This document shows positions 1 to 11,498 of a DNA stretch of 32,000 nt, one piece after another. Origin of the DNA: an uncultured bacterium (GTDB lineage: Bacteria; Patescibacteriota; Gracilibacteria; UBA1369; PNNO01). Position 1 is the first letter of the stretch. Every line of letters begins with the position of its first letter. A program made the translations under genes and the position numbers. The stretch is taken from contig OY969931.1 of assembly GCA_963704705.1 (NCBI GenBank), positions 1,110,001 through 1,142,000 on the forward strand, given 5' to 3'. The notes beneath the pieces are model-generated. The model was not told where the DNA came from. It saw only the letters and a list, made by a program, of their open reading frames with translations, and did no database searches.

Positions 1-2072
1 CTAACGAACTTATTGATGAAAAAGCAGCTAAAGCAATTGAAAAACTTAAAATTGATGAAGTTCCGGTAATAGCATATGTTACGACCAATACAAAGTATAT
101 GGATGCTGATGAAGAAAAACCATTAACAATTTCTCAGGCAAATACACCAATCGATGATAAAACAGGAGAATTCCAGGAATTAAGAGTTGCTGCCCGTGAA
201 AATTCAGAACCTGTATTGGCTGATGCCGAAGACGTAACTCATATGGATGTATCTCCAAAACAGATCATCTCTGTTACTACTTCACTTATTCCATTCCTTG
301 AGCATGATGATAATACACGTGCTTCAATGGGTTCAAACATGCAACGTCAGGCTGTATCTCTTGTGTCACCTGAAGCTCCGATTGTCGGAACAGGTATGGA
401 AGAACTTGCAGCTAAATCTTCAGGTCAGGTATTGATTGCTGAAGATGACGGTACTGTTTCATATGTTGATGCTAATGAAATTACAGTTATTTATAAAAAC
501 GGTAAAAAAGTTACTTATACTCTTCATGTTTACAGCAGATCAAACCAGGCTACTTCTATTCATCAGAGAGCAGTTGTAGATCAAGGCGATAAAGTTAAAA
601 AAGGTGACGTACTTGCTGATGGTGCATCAACTGACGGCGGAGAACTTGCACTTGGAAGAAACCTTCTGGTGGCTTACATGGCTTGGCAGGGTTACAACTA
701 TGAAGATGCGGTAATTATTTCTGACAGACTTGTTAGAGATAGTGTTTATGATTCAGTTCATATCGAAACATTCACAATGGATGTTCGTGATACAAAACTA
801 GGACCTGAAATTGTAACAAGAGATATCCCTAACGTTGGAGAAAACAGATTAAAAGATCTGGATGAAGACGGTGTTGTGAGAATCGGTGCGCATGTAAAAG
901 AAGGAGATATCCTGGTTGGTAAAATCACACCAAAAGGTGAAACTGAATTAACCGCCGAAGAAAGATTATTACGTGCTATCTTCGGTGATAAAGCGCGTGA
1001 TGTAAAAGATACTTCATTAAGACTTCCCGGTGGTGAAGGCGGAAAAGTAGTTGGTGTTCAATTATTCACAAGACAAAATGGAGATGAACTTCCAACAGGA
1101 GTAAACAAACAAATCAGAGTAAGTGTTGCGCAGACTCGTAAAATCTCAGTTGGAGATAAAATAGCGGGACGCCATGGTAATAAAGGTGTAATTTCAATTA
1201 TTGTACCTCAGGAAGATATGCCGTTCTTACCGGATGGAACACCTGTTGATATTGTTTTGAATCCGCTTGGTGTATCAAGTCGTATGAATATCGGACAAAT
1301 TTTAGAAACGCATTTGGGATGGGCAGCAATAAAACTTGGCATGAAAGTTGCGAGTCCGGCGTTAAACGGAGCAAAACCTAAAGACATTACTGATCTTCTT
1401 AAAAAAGCGGGCTTACCTGAAGATGGAAAAATCCAGCTTTATGATGGAAAATCAGGTGAACCGTTTGATCACAAAACAACAGTAGGTATTGCTTACATAA
1501 TGAAATTGAGCCATTTGATTGAAGATAAAATCCATGCAAGATCTGTTGGACCATATTCACTTGTTACTCAGCAGCCTCTTGGAGGTAAAGCTCAGCATGG
1601 TGGACAGAGATTCGGAGAAATGGAGGTGTGGGCACTTGAAGCATATGGTGCATCTCATACTCTTCAGGAAATGCTCACAATCAAATCCGATGATGTATAC
1701 GGAAGAGCAAAGGCTTATGAATCAATCGTTAAAGGTGAAGCTATCAGAAAACCAAGAACACCTGAATCATTCAATGTACTTGTAAAAGAATTACAAAGTT
1801 TATGTTTGAGTGTTGATCTTGTTAATACTGATACATCTGACGATGACCTGGCCGAGGACGAATACTCAATCAAAGAAGTTGAAAAAGAAGAAGAAGAAAT
1901 TTTAAAAGAAGATATCGAAGACAGAGAAGAAGTTGATCCTGAAGTAGCAAAGAAAATGGCTGAACAAATTGTGACTCCTCATGAAGGTGGGAATCGCATT
2001 CAGCTAAGCGAAACAGAAGCTGCCGAACTGTCGGAATCTGAAACAGAAGCAGACATTGCTTCAAAAAAATAA
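1..2072 (+). CDS. rpoB: DNA-directed RNA polymerase subunit beta, 3' portion (truncated at window start)
   Basis: The frame is open from base 3 ([35 protein letters not shown]...). It contains RpoB signatures [52 protein letters not shown] and [24 protein letters not shown]. Stop TAA. Confidence 0.98.
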   Translation, partial: NELIDEKAAKAIEKLKIDEVPVIAYVTTNTKYMDADEEKPLTISQANTPIDDKTGEFQELRVAARENSEPVLADAEDVTHMDVSPKQIISVTTSLIPFLEHDDNTRASMGSNMQRQAVSLVSPEAPIVGTGMEELAAKSSGQVLIAEDDGTVSYVDANEITVIYKNGKKVTYTLHVYSRSNQATSIHQRAVVDQGDKVKKGDVLADGASTDGGELALGRNLLVAYMAWQGYNYEDAVIISDRLVRDSVYDSVHIETFTMDVRDTKLGPEIVTRDIPNVGENRLKDLDEDGVVRIGAHVKEGDILVGKITPKGETELTAEERLLRAIFGDKARDVKDTSLRLPGGEGGKVVGVQLFTRQNGDELPTGVNKQIRVSVAQTRKISVGDKIAGRHGNKGVISIIVPQEDMPFLPDGTPVDIVLNPLGVSSRMNIGQILETHLGWAAIKLGMKVASPALNGAKPKDITDLLKKAGLPEDGKIQLYDGKSGEPFDHKTTVGIAYIMKLSHLIEDKIHARSVGPYSLVTQQPLGGKAQHGGQRFGEMEVWALEAYGASHTLQEMLTIKSDDVYGRAKAYESIVKGEAIRKPRTPESFNVLVKELQSLCLSVDLVNTDTSDDDLAEDEYSIKEVEKEEEEILKEDIEDREEVDPEVAKKMAEQIVTPHEGGNRIQLSETEAAELSESETEADIASKK

Positions 2073-2140
2073 CAGAGCCGAGCAACGCGAGGGTCTGGCG
2101 AGCGAAAACTTATCGCGAGCCTAAGCGTGAGCAAAGCGAA
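2071..2140 (+). repeat. Dispersed GAGCGAAGCGAGC-type element, intergenic copy directly after the rpoB stop
   Basis: aacagagccgagcaacgcgagggtctggcgagcgaaaacttatcgcgagcctaagcgtgagcaaagcgaac: GC-rich, repetitive, with related copies elsewhere in the window. Confidence 0.6.
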
Positions 2141-2174
2141 CACAATAGAACACACTTAATCTTTAACCAAACGA

Positions 2175-2705
2175 ATGATGAGAAGTGTAAATAAAGTCAT
2201 CTTGATAGGAAACCTGACAAGGGATCCGGAGATGCGACAAACAGCAAACGGGCAGATGGTTACTACATTCTGCATCGCGACAAACCGTGAATGGGTTACA
2301 AAAGACAGTGAAAAACACGGATTAGCAGAATATCACGATATCGTTGCTTGGGCGCGTCTTGCAGAAATCTGCAACAAATACCTTAAAAAAGGAAAACTTG
2401 TATACATCGAAGGTTACCTAAAAACACGAAGCTGGGATACTCCTGAAGGTGTAAAAAAATTCAGAACCGAAGTGGTTGCACAGGATATGATCATGCTTGA
2501 AAAAAGACCAAAAGGTGAAGAAGGCGAAGAATATATTCCGGAAAGTGACGAATATGTTCATGAAGAAGAACCAATGCAGAGCGAGCCAAAGGCGAGCTCT
2601 TCTGGAGCGAACGAAGTGAGCGAAGCGGAAAAAGAAAAAGAAGAGAAAAAAGAAGAGAAAAAAGAAGAATCTAAGGTCGATATATCAGCTGACCTTGGAC
2701 TTTAA
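2175..2705 (+). CDS. ssb: Single-stranded DNA-binding protein
   Basis: OB-fold signature NKVILIGNLTRDPEMRQTANGQMVTTFCIATNREW...YLKKGKLVYIEGYLKTRSW, with an acidic C-terminal tail. Start could be 2175 or 2178. Confidence 0.95.
   Translation: MMRSVNKVILIGNLTRDPEMRQTANGQMVTTFCIATNREWVTKDSEKHGLAEYHDIVAWARLAEICNKYLKKGKLVYIEGYLKTRSWDTPEGVKKFRTEVVAQDMIMLEKRPKGEEGEEYIPESDEYVHEEEPMQSEPKASSSGANEVSEAEKEKEEKKEEKKEESKVDISADLGL
2579..2629 (+). repeat. Dispersed GAGCGAAGCGAGC-type element, in-frame copy inside ssb
   Basis: gagcgagccaaaggcgagctcttctggagcgaacgaagtgagcgaagcgg, translated in frame as SEPKASSSGANEVSEAE within the linker before the acidic tail. Confidence 0.65.
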
Positions 2706-2728
2706 CCCTTAATTAGCAATCAGCTATT

Positions 2729-3694
2729 ATGAGTGAACTCCTACAAACAATTTTACTATTCGCGGTAGCCCTATTCTTTCTGGTTAAATCAGCAGATTAT
2801 CTGGTGAAATATTCAGAAAAGTTAGGGTTATCGCTTGGAGTTCCTTCATTTATTGTCGGGATAACAATAATCAGTGCGGGTACTTCCCTGCCGGAACTTG
2901 CCACATCAATCTTCTCTATAGTTAAAGGAGAACCAGGTGTTGTTGCAGGTAACGTAATTGGTTCAAATATTGCCAATATTTTACTGGTTGTTGGTGTCGC
3001 TACAATAATTGCAAAAAAAATCGAAATCAAAAGAAGCCTAATCAGGCTTGATCTTCCGTTGCTGGTAGGGGCAAGCGCAATTTTGGTTTTGACTGTAATG
3101 GACGGCAAATTTACATTTATTGAAGGTGTAATTTCAATTTTAGGTTTCATAATCTACTTAATTTATAGTCTTACTGAACAGAAAAAACCTTTGGAGGAAA
3201 AAGAAAAAGGTTTAATAAAAACTTTGAAAGGTGAACAAAGGCCGCCCTTCAAATGGATTTATATTTTATGGATAGTAATTTCAGCTGCAGTACTTTATTT
3301 CTCTGCAAATTTCACTATTGATGCGGTTATAACAATGGGAGCAATTTTAAATTTAGATACATCTATCATCGCAATTACCGCTATAGCTATTGGTACTTCG
3401 CTTCCTGAACTTATTGTTTCTGTAACAGCAGCGAAAAAAGGTAAATTTGATATCGCTTTAGGTAATGTACTTGGTTCAAATATTTTTAACGGATTTATGA
3501 TAATGGGTGTTTCAGGTGTTATAACTGACCTGCCTGTTGAACCTGCGGTACTTAATATTGGTGTACCGTTTTTAATTGTTGCAACAATTTTTCTTGCTTT
3601 CTCAGGTATCGAACGAAAATTTTACAACTGGGAAGGCGCGCTTTACTTAATATTATATTTCCTATTTATAGGACAACTCTTTAACTTTATATAA
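2729..3694 (+). CDS. K+-dependent Ca2+/Na+ exchanger-family membrane protein (YrbG-like)
   Basis: Two alpha-repeat motifs typical of the family ([44 protein letters not shown] and [38 protein letters not shown]), with multiple TM segments. Confidence 0.93.
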   Translation: MSELLQTILLFAVALFFLVKSADYLVKYSEKLGLSLGVPSFIVGITIISAGTSLPELATSIFSIVKGEPGVVAGNVIGSNIANILLVVGVATIIAKKIEIKRSLIRLDLPLLVGASAILVLTVMDGKFTFIEGVISILGFIIYLIYSLTEQKKPLEEKEKGLIKTLKGEQRPPFKWIYILWIVISAAVLYFSANFTIDAVITMGAILNLDTSIIAITAIAIGTSLPELIVSVTAAKKGKFDIALGNVLGSNIFNGFMIMGVSGVITDLPVEPAVLNIGVPFLIVATIFLAFSGIERKFYNWEGALYLILYFLFIGQLFNFI

Positions 3695-3695
3695 A

Positions 3696-6600
3696 ATGGC
3701 AAATCAACAAGAACGGCCTCATGAAGGTCACCAAAGACAAAATCAAAACCCTCATACTTTAGATACATTTGATGCAATTTCAATTGCAGTTGCTTCTCCT
3801 GAGGAGATATTATCTTGGTCTCACGGCGAAGTTAAAAAGCCTGAAACAATTAATTACAGAACTCAAAAACCTGAACGTGAAGGTTTATTCTGTGAAAAGA
3901 TTTTCGGGCCAACCAAAAACTGGGAATGTTATTGCGGAAAATATAAAAGAATCCGATATAAAGGTGTAATTTGTGAAAAGTGTGGAGTTGAAGTTACTAG
4001 AAGCTCAGTTAGACGTGAAAGAATGGGTCATATTAAACTTGCGGTTCCTGTTACTCACATTTGGTTTTTAAGATCTACACCAAGCAGAATCGGTTTACTT
4101 TTGGATTTACCAATTAAAACTATTGAACAGGTAGTTTATTTTGCTGCATACGTAATTACTCAGGTTGATGAAGATGCAAAAACTGAAGCAAAAGAAACAC
4201 TTACAAATGAATATCAACAGCATAAGAAGAAAATTAAAGAAGAAGCAAAAAATGCTGTAGATAAAGCTAAATCAGATGAAAAGAAAAAGGGAGAACTTTC
4301 AATGATTGAAAGAGATTACGCTAAAAAAATTGAAGAATTGGATGAACAGCATGCAAGTGCAAAAGATGATTTAAACGGACTTGCAGTTGGCTCGGTATAT
4401 TCTGAGCTTGAATATAGAAATCTTTCAATGAAATTCGGACAAATCTTTAAAGCAAGTACAGGAGCTGAATCAATCCGGGATATCATTATGAGTCTTGATC
4501 TAAAATCATTGATTGATGAACTTGAAGTTGACCTTAAAAAAGCTTCAGGTCAAAAGCAAAAGAAAATTATTAAAAGAATTAAACTTTGCGGAAGTTTATT
4601 AAAAGCCGGAATCAAACCTGAATGGATGGTACTTACAGCATTGCCTGTAATTCCACCGGATTTAAGGCCAATGGTGCAACTTGACGGAGGAAGATTCGCT
4701 GCTTCTGATCTTAATGATTTATACAGACGTGTAATTAACAGAAATAACCGTTTAAAAAGACTTATTGCAATTGGAGCACCGGAAGTAATCTGCAGAAATG
4801 AAAAACGTATGCTTCAGGAAGCTGTTGATACTTTATTAAACAACAGCGCTCGTCAGGGTAAAACAGTATTTAACTCTGGAGATAAGAGAAAACTTCGATC
4901 TCTTTCTGACATGTTGAAAGGTAAACAGGGTCGTTTCAGACAAAACTTACTTGGTAAACGTGTGGATTATTCAGGACGTTCTGTAATTGTGGTTGGACCG
5001 CACCTTAAATTAAATCAATGTGGTTTACCAAAACTTATGGCAATGGAATTATTTAAGCCGTTTGTTATCGGACGTTTGATTAGAGACGGATATGCTCACA
5101 ACATTAAAAATGCAGAAAAATTAATTCAGGCTAATAAAAGAGAAGTTTGGGATATTCTTGAGGAAGTTACAATTGGTCACTATGTATTATTAAATCGTGC
5201 TCCAACGCTTCACAGATTGGGAATTCAGGCTTTCCAGCCTGTACTGGTAGAAGGTAAAGCGATTCAGATTCATCCATTGGTATGTACGGCGTTCAATGCG
5301 GACTTTGATGGAGATCAGATGGCGGTTCATGTGCCTTTATCAAAACAGGCTCAGGAAGAAGCTAAGAGACTTATTCAGTCAGCTAACAATTTACTTAAAC
5401 CATCTCATGGTGAACCTATCGTAACACCTACTCAGGATATGGTGCTTGGATGTTACTTCTTAACAAAAATGACACCTGGTAAAAAGGGAGAAGGTATGGT
5501 TTTCTCTGACTTGGACGAAGCAATTTTAGCTTATAGACTTGGATATGTTCATGTGCAGGCTGCAATCAAAGCAAGAGTTAATGATGAAATAATCGAAACA
5601 ACTGTTGGAAGAATGATCTTTAACAGCTTTGTACCTGAAGGACTTCCTTACGTTAACGAAACAATGAAAAAAGGAAGCTTAAGTTCACTTATCAGTGACT
5701 CTTACAATAAATACGGTAACGAAGTTACTGCAAAATTCGCTGATGAAATTAAAAGACTCGGATTTAAATTTGCTACAAAATCAGGGCTTTCAATCGGAGG
5801 TGCTGATATGCTTGTGCCTTCAGAAAAGACTAAAATCATTGAAGATTCTTCTGAAGTAATTAAACAGATTACAAATCAATTCAATGAAGGATTAATGACA
5901 GATGAAGAAAGATATAATCATTCGATTAAAGTATGGTCTCAGGCTAAATCTGACATTACAACAGCAATGATTAAAAACATTGATGATGAAAATCACATTT
6001 ATTACATGATTGATTCAGGAGCCAGAGGTAACTGGGGTCAGATCACACAGCTATGCGGAATTAAAGGTCTGGTTGCTAATCCTGCAGGTAAAACAATCGA
6101 ATTACCAATCAAATCAAACTTAAAAGAAGGATTCACCATCCTGGAATACTTCATTGCAACACATGGAGGCCGTAAAGGTAAATCTGATACAGCGCTTAAA
6201 ACAGCTGAAGCAGGTTACTTAACACGTCGTCTTGTTGATGCGGTTCAGGATATCATTGTTAAAGAATATGACTGCGGAACTGAACACGCTCATAGAATCA
6301 CACGTAATGAAAGTGAACAGATCGGTGAAGATTTTGAAAAGAGAATTTACGGACGTGTTGTTACAAAGAATGTTATAGATTCAAAAACAGGTGAAGTACT
6401 TGTTAAAAAAGATACTGAACTTGGCAAAGCGGAAATCAAGAAAATCACCGAAGGAACAGTTGATGAAGTATATGCAAGATCAGTAATGACGTGCCAGACT
6501 CCAAATGGAATCTGCGTAAAATGTTATGGTAAAGATCTCGGAACAAATGACACTGTTGATATTGGTACTGCTGTTGGAATTATCGCAGCACAAAGTATCG

Positions 6601-7628
6601 GTGAACCTGGAACACAGCTTACCATGCGTACATTCCACATGGGTGGTGTTGCGGAAGGAAAAGATATTACTCAGGGTCTTACACGTGTTGAAGAACTATT
6701 CGAAGCAAGAACTCCTAAATCTCCTGCTGTACTGGCTGAAATCGATGGCAAAGTTAAAATCAGTCAAAAAGGTAAAACAGCTGCAATCACTGTTATTTCA
6801 GAAGAACCGATAATTACTCAATATCCGCTTGGCGCTTTCATGAAAGCCGAAGTGAAAAAAGGAGATAAGATTAAAGAAAAACAGGTTATTGCAAAATCTA
6901 CAAAGCAAAAAAATCTTATAAAAGCTGAAAATGACGGCAAAGTTCTTAGCGTTAGTGATGAAATGATTGAACTAATTTCAGATGACGTTGTTGAAAGAGT
7001 TTATACAATTCCTCAAGGTAAAACTATCCTTGTTAAAAACGGCGATAAAGTTACCAAAGGACAGGCGCTTACATCAGGTCACTTGAATTTGAGACAATTG
7101 ATGCAGTTAACCGACATATACAATCTGCAAAAATATATTATGCAGGAAGTACAAAGTATATATGCTTCACAGGGTCAGACAATCAATGATAAACACATTG
7201 AGATTATTGCGAGACAAATGCTTTCTAAATCAAGGATTCTTGATTCCGGTGACACAAACATGTTACCAGGTGAACTTGTTGATACCATTGAACTTGAAAA
7301 GCTTAACGCTGACTTGATTAAGAAGAAAAAACACCCTGCTGATGCTGAAAGATTACTTCTTGGACTTACAAGGATTTCACTTTATACAGATAGCTGGCTT
7401 TCTGCTGCTTCATTCCAGGAAACAATCCGTGTGCTTGTTGAAGCATCAACAACTAAACGTATTGATAACCTTGAAGGTCTTAAAGAAAACGTTATCATCG
7501 GTAAACTTATTCCTGCAGGAGATACTTATAAGAACAGAAACCCTGAATTGGTTAAAGAAATGGAGAAATACTATACGAAAAAAGAAAAAGAGGAAACAGT
7601 GCAGGAAGAATCACTTGGAGAAATGTAG
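3696..7628 (+). CDS. rpoC: DNA-directed RNA polymerase subunit beta'
   Basis: Zinc-ribbon [23 protein letters not shown], catalytic [14 protein letters not shown], and [24 protein letters not shown]. Confidence 0.99.
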   Translation: MANQQERPHEGHQRQNQNPHTLDTFDAISIAVASPEEILSWSHGEVKKPETINYRTQKPEREGLFCEKIFGPTKNWECYCGKYKRIRYKGVICEKCGVEVTRSSVRRERMGHIKLAVPVTHIWFLRSTPSRIGLLLDLPIKTIEQVVYFAAYVITQVDEDAKTEAKETLTNEYQQHKKKIKEEAKNAVDKAKSDEKKKGELSMIERDYAKKIEELDEQHASAKDDLNGLAVGSVYSELEYRNLSMKFGQIFKASTGAESIRDIIMSLDLKSLIDELEVDLKKASGQKQKKIIKRIKLCGSLLKAGIKPEWMVLTALPVIPPDLRPMVQLDGGRFAASDLNDLYRRVINRNNRLKRLIAIGAPEVICRNEKRMLQEAVDTLLNNSARQGKTVFNSGDKRKLRSLSDMLKGKQGRFRQNLLGKRVDYSGRSVIVVGPHLKLNQCGLPKLMAMELFKPFVIGRLIRDGYAHNIKNAEKLIQANKREVWDILEEVTIGHYVLLNRAPTLHRLGIQAFQPVLVEGKAIQIHPLVCTAFNADFDGDQMAVHVPLSKQAQEEAKRLIQSANNLLKPSHGEPIVTPTQDMVLGCYFLTKMTPGKKGEGMVFSDLDEAILAYRLGYVHVQAAIKARVNDEIIETTVGRMIFNSFVPEGLPYVNETMKKGSLSSLISDSYNKYGNEVTAKFADEIKRLGFKFATKSGLSIGGADMLVPSEKTKIIEDSSEVIKQITNQFNEGLMTDEERYNHSIKVWSQAKSDITTAMIKNIDDENHIYYMIDSGARGNWGQITQLCGIKGLVANPAGKTIELPIKSNLKEGFTILEYFIATHGGRKGKSDTALKTAEAGYLTRRLVDAVQDIIVKEYDCGTEHAHRITRNESEQIGEDFEKRIYGRVVTKNVIDSKTGEVLVKKDTELGKAEIKKITEGTVDEVYARSVMTCQTPNGICVKCYGKDLGTNDTVDIGTAVGIIAAQSIGEPGTQLTMRTFHMGGVAEGKDITQGLTRVEELFEARTPKSPAVLAEIDGKVKISQKGKTAAITVISEEPIITQYPLGAFMKAEVKKGDKIKEKQVIAKSTKQKNLIKAENDGKVLSVSDEMIELISDDVVERVYTIPQGKTILVKNGDKVTKGQALTSGHLNLRQLMQLTDIYNLQKYIMQEVQSIYASQGQTINDKHIEIIARQMLSKSRILDSGDTNMLPGELVDTIELEKLNADLIKKKKHPADAERLLLGLTRISLYTDSWLSAASFQETIRVLVEASTTKRIDNLEGLKENVIIGKLIPAGDTYKNRNPELVKEMEKYYTKKEKEETVQEESLGEM

Positions 7629-7630
7629 TC

Positions 7631-7677
7631 GGATTGGGGCGATGTGCAAGTTGTTCACTCGCACATCGCCCCAATCC
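7631..7677 (+). other. Strong 17-bp perfect hairpin after rpoC
   Basis: GGATTGGGGCGATGTGC - 13-nt loop - GCACATCGCCCCAATCC. No T-tract follows (tctgctc). Confidence 0.85.
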
Positions 7678-7704
7678 TCTGCTCATAAAAAGTTTAAAAA
7701 ACTC

Positions 7705-7733
7705 TTGCAATCCGCTCTTAAATCCTTTACATT
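7705..7733 (+). promoter_or_regulatory. Candidate sigma70-type promoter for rpsL-rpsG
   Basis: TTGCAA (7705-7710), 17-nt spacer, TACATT (7728-7733), upstream of rpsL. Confidence 0.5.
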
Positions 7734-7761
7734 AACCGTCGCCACTTAAATTTAAAAAGAT

Positions 7762-8172
7762 ATGCCAACAATTAATCAATTAGTTAGAAAAGGAAGAAAA
7801 AAAGTCATTAAAAAGACTAAATCGCCAGCAATGGGGATAACATTCAATACATTGAAAAATAATAATGTTTCAATTAATTGTCCTCAAAAGCGTGGTGTAT
7901 GCGTAAAAGTGTTTACAATGACACCTAAAAAACCGAATTCGGCATTACGTAAAGTGGCAAGAGTAAGACTAACTAACGGAATGGAAGTTAATGCTTATAT
8001 TCCTGGTGAAGGACACAATTTACAGGAACACTCTGTTGTTACTATCAGAGGAGGAAGAGTAAAGGATCTGCCTGGTGTACGTTATCATATTATCAGAGGA
8101 TCACTTGATACTCAGGGAGTTGAAAAACGCAAGCAGGGCAGAAGCCGCTACGGAACTAAAAAACCTAAATAA
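7762..8172 (+). CDS. rpsL: 30S ribosomal protein S12 (uS12)
   Basis: [14 protein letters not shown]...[31 protein letters not shown]...[33 protein letters not shown]. Confidence 0.99.
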   Translation: MPTINQLVRKGRKKVIKKTKSPAMGITFNTLKNNNVSINCPQKRGVCVKVFTMTPKKPNSALRKVARVRLTNGMEVNAYIPGEGHNLQEHSVVTIRGGRVKDLPGVRYHIIRGSLDTQGVEKRKQGRSRYGTKKPK

Positions 8173-8193
8173 TAGCCATTATAAATTTATACT

Positions 8194-8646
8194 ATGCAAA
8201 AAAGAGCACATTTTATACCAAAAGATTCAAACCCGCTTTATGAAAAATTCATAAACTATGTAATGAACGACGGTAAAAAAACCGTTGCCCGCAGAATCTT
8301 TAATGATTCATTCAAAATGATAAGCGAAAAAACTAAAGAAGATCCGGGTAAAATCTTTAATAAAGCATTGGATAACGTAAAACCTCAAATGGAAGTTAAG
8401 CCAAAGAGAATCGGAGGCGCTGTTTATCAAATTCCATTGGAAGTTAATGCAAACAGACAAATTACCTTAGCATTCAGATGGCTTATTACAGCTGCAAGAT
8501 CAGGAAAAGGTTCAGCAATGCACCAAAGGCTTGCTAATGAACTTATGCAGGCAGCAGAAGGCCAGGGTGCAGCATGCAAGAAGAAGGAAGATACTCACAA
8601 AATGGCTGCTGCAAACAAAGCGTTTGCTCACTTTGCAAGATACTAA
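8194..8646 (+). CDS. rpsG: 30S ribosomal protein S7 (uS7)
   Basis: KFINYVMNDGKKTVARRIF...VKPKRIGGAVYQIPLEV...AFRWLITAAR...MHQRLANELMQA. Confidence 0.98.
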   Translation: MQKRAHFIPKDSNPLYEKFINYVMNDGKKTVARRIFNDSFKMISEKTKEDPGKIFNKALDNVKPQMEVKPKRIGGAVYQIPLEVNANRQITLAFRWLITAARSGKGSAMHQRLANELMQAAEGQGAACKKKEDTHKMAAANKAFAHFARY

Positions 8647-8659
8647 AACTTACAATTTC

Positions 8660-8694
8660 AAAAAGGCGCCTGCATAATGCGGGCGCCTTTTTTT
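8660..8694 (+). terminator. Rho-independent terminator after rpsG, possibly bidirectional with the minus-strand gene at 8705
   Basis: aaaaaGGCGCCtgcataatgcgGGCGCCttttttt: GC stem followed by T7 on plus and by T5 on minus. Confidence 0.85.
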
Positions 8695-8704
8695 ATTATT
8701 TATT

Positions 8705-11218
8705 CTAGTAATAAATAAAGTCATAGTATTCGCCTTCATCAGGTCCAACTTCAACTGAATTCACTTCTGCATAATCATTATTCATATCATTGGCTTTTAC
8801 CATACCTTTTGAAACAGTGTATAAATAGTTTCCTATATAAAGAACTCTTTCAATATCTTTTGGACCATACCAGTAATAACCCGCTTTATCCGCTACTTCA
8901 GTTTCAGTGTAATGTGAAATCTTTGCTTTAAGATTAAATCCCTTTTGAAGATCAAGCCCGAATACATAAGCGCCCTGGAATATATAATCGCCATATGTAT
9001 TTAAAGGCATATTAGGATCTTTAACTTCATCAGGCAGCTGAGCAACTTTTACAGGGAAAGCAATTATATTTTTATCCTTATCAAATAATAATGCTTTATG
9101 ATCATATAAAAGCGGAGAATCAGTTCCCCTGTCGCCTATCACAACTTTAAATTGCTCAATTGGATTATTAACATCGGTTACATCAAACAATCCAACTTTC
9201 ATTCCCTGATACCATTCAAAATCAACTGTCCTTCCGGCTGCCTCAAGTTCAGTCGGGTCCACTGTATCTTTTCCAAATCCAAGTACATGGTTTTCGTCAT
9301 AAGGATGCAAATAATCGCTGTAGCCCGGTATCTTAAGCTTACCTAAAACTTTAGGAAAAGCATGATTGCTCATATCTATCACAAAAAATGGATCAATCTT
9401 TTTAAAGGTAACCATATAAAGTCTTCCGCCAATAAATCTCGTAGAATAAATGCTTTCACCCGGAGCAAGACCTTCAAGTTTACCAACCATATTCATATCT
9501 GAATCATAAACATAAACATCATTGTCAGAGCTTCCGTCCCAACTGAATCCACGGGTTGTTGCAATTCTAAAATGGTCATCATATTCATCCATAGAGAATT
9601 GATTTAAAATATGACCCGGTGCTTTTCCTTTTGACTGAAATTCAATTCCATCTTTTCCAAGGCTGAATTTATATAAATTTGTATTTTCATTATCACTTCT
9701 CCAATACCAATTTGATGATGCAACGTATAAATTATCACGAGATGAATATATATTTTCACTTCTGCCAAGTATAACTTCGTGTACTATATCCGCACTTTTA
9801 TCATTGATTGGAATTCCAACTACAATTAAATAATTAGGATCTTCCATAATCGGAATTTGTTTGATATCAGTACAATCAACAAGCGGTTTAGATACTTCAT
9901 CATCATTGTCCAAATACTGCGGAAGAATTTCTACAGGATTTTCAATATCAGCATAAGGAATAAACGCGTATCTGTTTAATACAACATAAACCATATCATC
10001 AACTTTTCTTGACTGGCTATAATCACCCTCAAATGTCATTTTTCTAAATTGTTTGATATCGGTTTTATCTGAAATATCAAATATATAAACCACTGTTTCG
10101 CCTCCTCCGTAATAAGGATGAGCTATTTCCACTGACATTGGCTCGCCTCTTAAAGGATACGGATATGAATAATATGAATTTCCAATTACAACCAATTTAT
10201 CGCCGTCAACATACATGTCGGTAGGCAAGAAGCTTTCGTCTTCGAACGCCAAAGCATCGAGCTCCTGCATTTCATCAGGCTGATAAGCTTTAACAACTCT
10301 TATTTTGCTGTCTTTAATAATATAAATATATTCACCGTCTGTTTTCACAAAATCCGCTTCATCAACACCTTCAACCTGTACGTTTGTAGTTGAATATTCC
10401 GCTAAATTTGTACTTTCATCTGCACGTGAAGCATCTGTAGAGCTTACAGTTGTTTTTGTGGCACCAGCATTTGGTTCAGACACAGGTAAAGCCATTTCTC
10501 CTACCGCCATATCCCCTTCAACTCCATAATAATAAGTATCAAGTGTTTGGAATTTATCTATCAGCATCTGGCATGATTCAATGTTTGTAACCTGTTGATT
10601 TTTTGTTGTTTCTTTCAAGGTATTATAATTGTTCGAATCCCCTGTTTCACCGGTTTCAACACGCCAAACCATCTCAGCCATTTCTCCTCGATTCAAATAC
10701 TGATCAAATGTTTCAACTGAAGGCGGAATCGCATTATCCGCTTCAACTGCTTTTACATATTTGTGATACCAGGCATCCTGATAAGTATCATCAGCCGGAA
10801 TATCAAGTCCTTCAGTAATAACTTTTCCTGATTCAACAAAATTAATAGGGCGTTCAGGTTTAAAAGTTCCATCCGGATATCCCTGAACCAAACCTTCAGC
10901 CTTTGCCTTACATACATAAGGAGCAAACCACTGATCTGTTACATCAGGAAAACAATAGCCACCTTCAGGTGCAATGTCTGCTGATTCAAGAACAATTTTC
11001 ACAAACTCAGCACGGTTGATTGTATTTGCCGGTTTGTAAGATCCATCAGGATAACCCTGAACAACTCCTTCATCAAGAAGGAATGTTACTGCATCAGAGT
11101 ATTCGTAAGTAGTAGGTACATCTGCGAAGCTTGCTGCACTTGCTGTATTTGAGACTACAATAAAAGTAGCCATAATACCCAGCATTGCAAACACTGCTCC
11201 CAGTTTTTTTGCATTCAT
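8705..11218 (-). CDS. Secreted S-layer-homology (SLH) domain protein with a C-terminal beta-propeller domain
   Basis: N-terminal signal peptide (MNAKKLGAVFAMLGIMATFIVVSNTASAA); SLH motifs (FADVPTTYEYSDAVTFLLDEGVVQGYPDGSYKPANTINRAEFVKIV; FPDVTDQWFAPYVCKAKAEGLVQGYPDGTFKPERPINFVE). C-terminal half resembles the secreted beta-propeller family (VEGVDEADFVKTDGEYIYIIKDSKIRVVKAY...). Confidence 0.9.
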   Translation of the reverse strand: MNAKKLGAVFAMLGIMATFIVVSNTASAASFADVPTTYEYSDAVTFLLDEGVVQGYPDGSYKPANTINRAEFVKIVLESADIAPEGGYCFPDVTDQWFAPYVCKAKAEGLVQGYPDGTFKPERPINFVESGKVITEGLDIPADDTYQDAWYHKYVKAVEADNAIPPSVETFDQYLNRGEMAEMVWRVETGETGDSNNYNTLKETTKNQQVTNIESCQMLIDKFQTLDTYYYGVEGDMAVGEMALPVSEPNAGATKTTVSSTDASRADESTNLAEYSTTNVQVEGVDEADFVKTDGEYIYIIKDSKIRVVKAYQPDEMQELDALAFEDESFLPTDMYVDGDKLVVIGNSYYSYPYPLRGEPMSVEIAHPYYGGGETVVYIFDISDKTDIKQFRKMTFEGDYSQSRKVDDMVYVVLNRYAFIPYADIENPVEILPQYLDNDDEVSKPLVDCTDIKQIPIMEDPNYLIVVGIPINDKSADIVHEVILGRSENIYSSRDNLYVASSNWYWRSDNENTNLYKFSLGKDGIEFQSKGKAPGHILNQFSMDEYDDHFRIATTRGFSWDGSSDNDVYVYDSDMNMVGKLEGLAPGESIYSTRFIGGRLYMVTFKKIDPFFVIDMSNHAFPKVLGKLKIPGYSDYLHPYDENHVLGFGKDTVDPTELEAAGRTVDFEWYQGMKVGLFDVTDVNNPIEQFKVVIGDRGTDSPLLYDHKALLFDKDKNIIAFPVKVAQLPDEVKDPNMPLNTYGDYIFQGAYVFGLDLQKGFNLKAKISHYTETEVADKAGYYWYGPKDIERVLYIGNYLYTVSKGMVKANDMNNDYAEVNSVEVGPDEGEYYDFIYY

Positions 11219-11301
11219 TATATAGAGGGTTAAATAGCAAAATCGCTAAATATAAGTATACAACGTTAGCCAAAATTACGAAAGCGAGTTGACGAATAAT
11301 A

Positions 11302-11336
11302 AAAAGCCCGCCCCACTACGATGAGTGGGGCGGGCG
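11302..11336 (-). terminator. Very strong intrinsic terminator (minus strand) of small ORF 11355-11498
   Basis: On minus: GCCCGCCCCACT catcgt AGTGGGGCGGGC TTTTT, a 12-bp perfect stem followed by a T-tract. Confidence 0.92.
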
Positions 11337-11354
11337 CGAAGTTCGATGAGGCGA

Positions 11355-11498
11355 TTAGGTGCCGAGTCGTCCTGTCCACGCGAGTACGTGGAAGACGACA
11401 AAAGGCGGGCAGAGCACAGTGAAGATGGCGGTAACCACGATCATGGTGTTGAAGTGACGCTTTGCGCTTCTCTTCAGCTCTTTGTTCTCGTTCATCAT
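11355..11498 (-). CDS. 47-aa predicted one-TM micropeptide, unknown function
   Basis: Translated by hand: MMNENKELKRSAKRHFNTMIVVTAIFTVLCPPFVVFHVLAWTGRLGT. SD-like AAGGAG (11504-11509) lies 5 nt upstream and a strong terminator begins shortly after the stop. Not in the supplied track. Confidence 0.65.
   Translation of the reverse strand: MMNENKELKRSAKRHFNTMIVVTAIFTVLCPPFVVFHVLAWTGRLGT

Noticed and set aside
3769-3969. 66-aa ORF overlapping the rpoC 5' end
   Set aside because: Fully inside rpoC in another frame with no independent support. Same judgement for 6526-6813 and 7342-7749.
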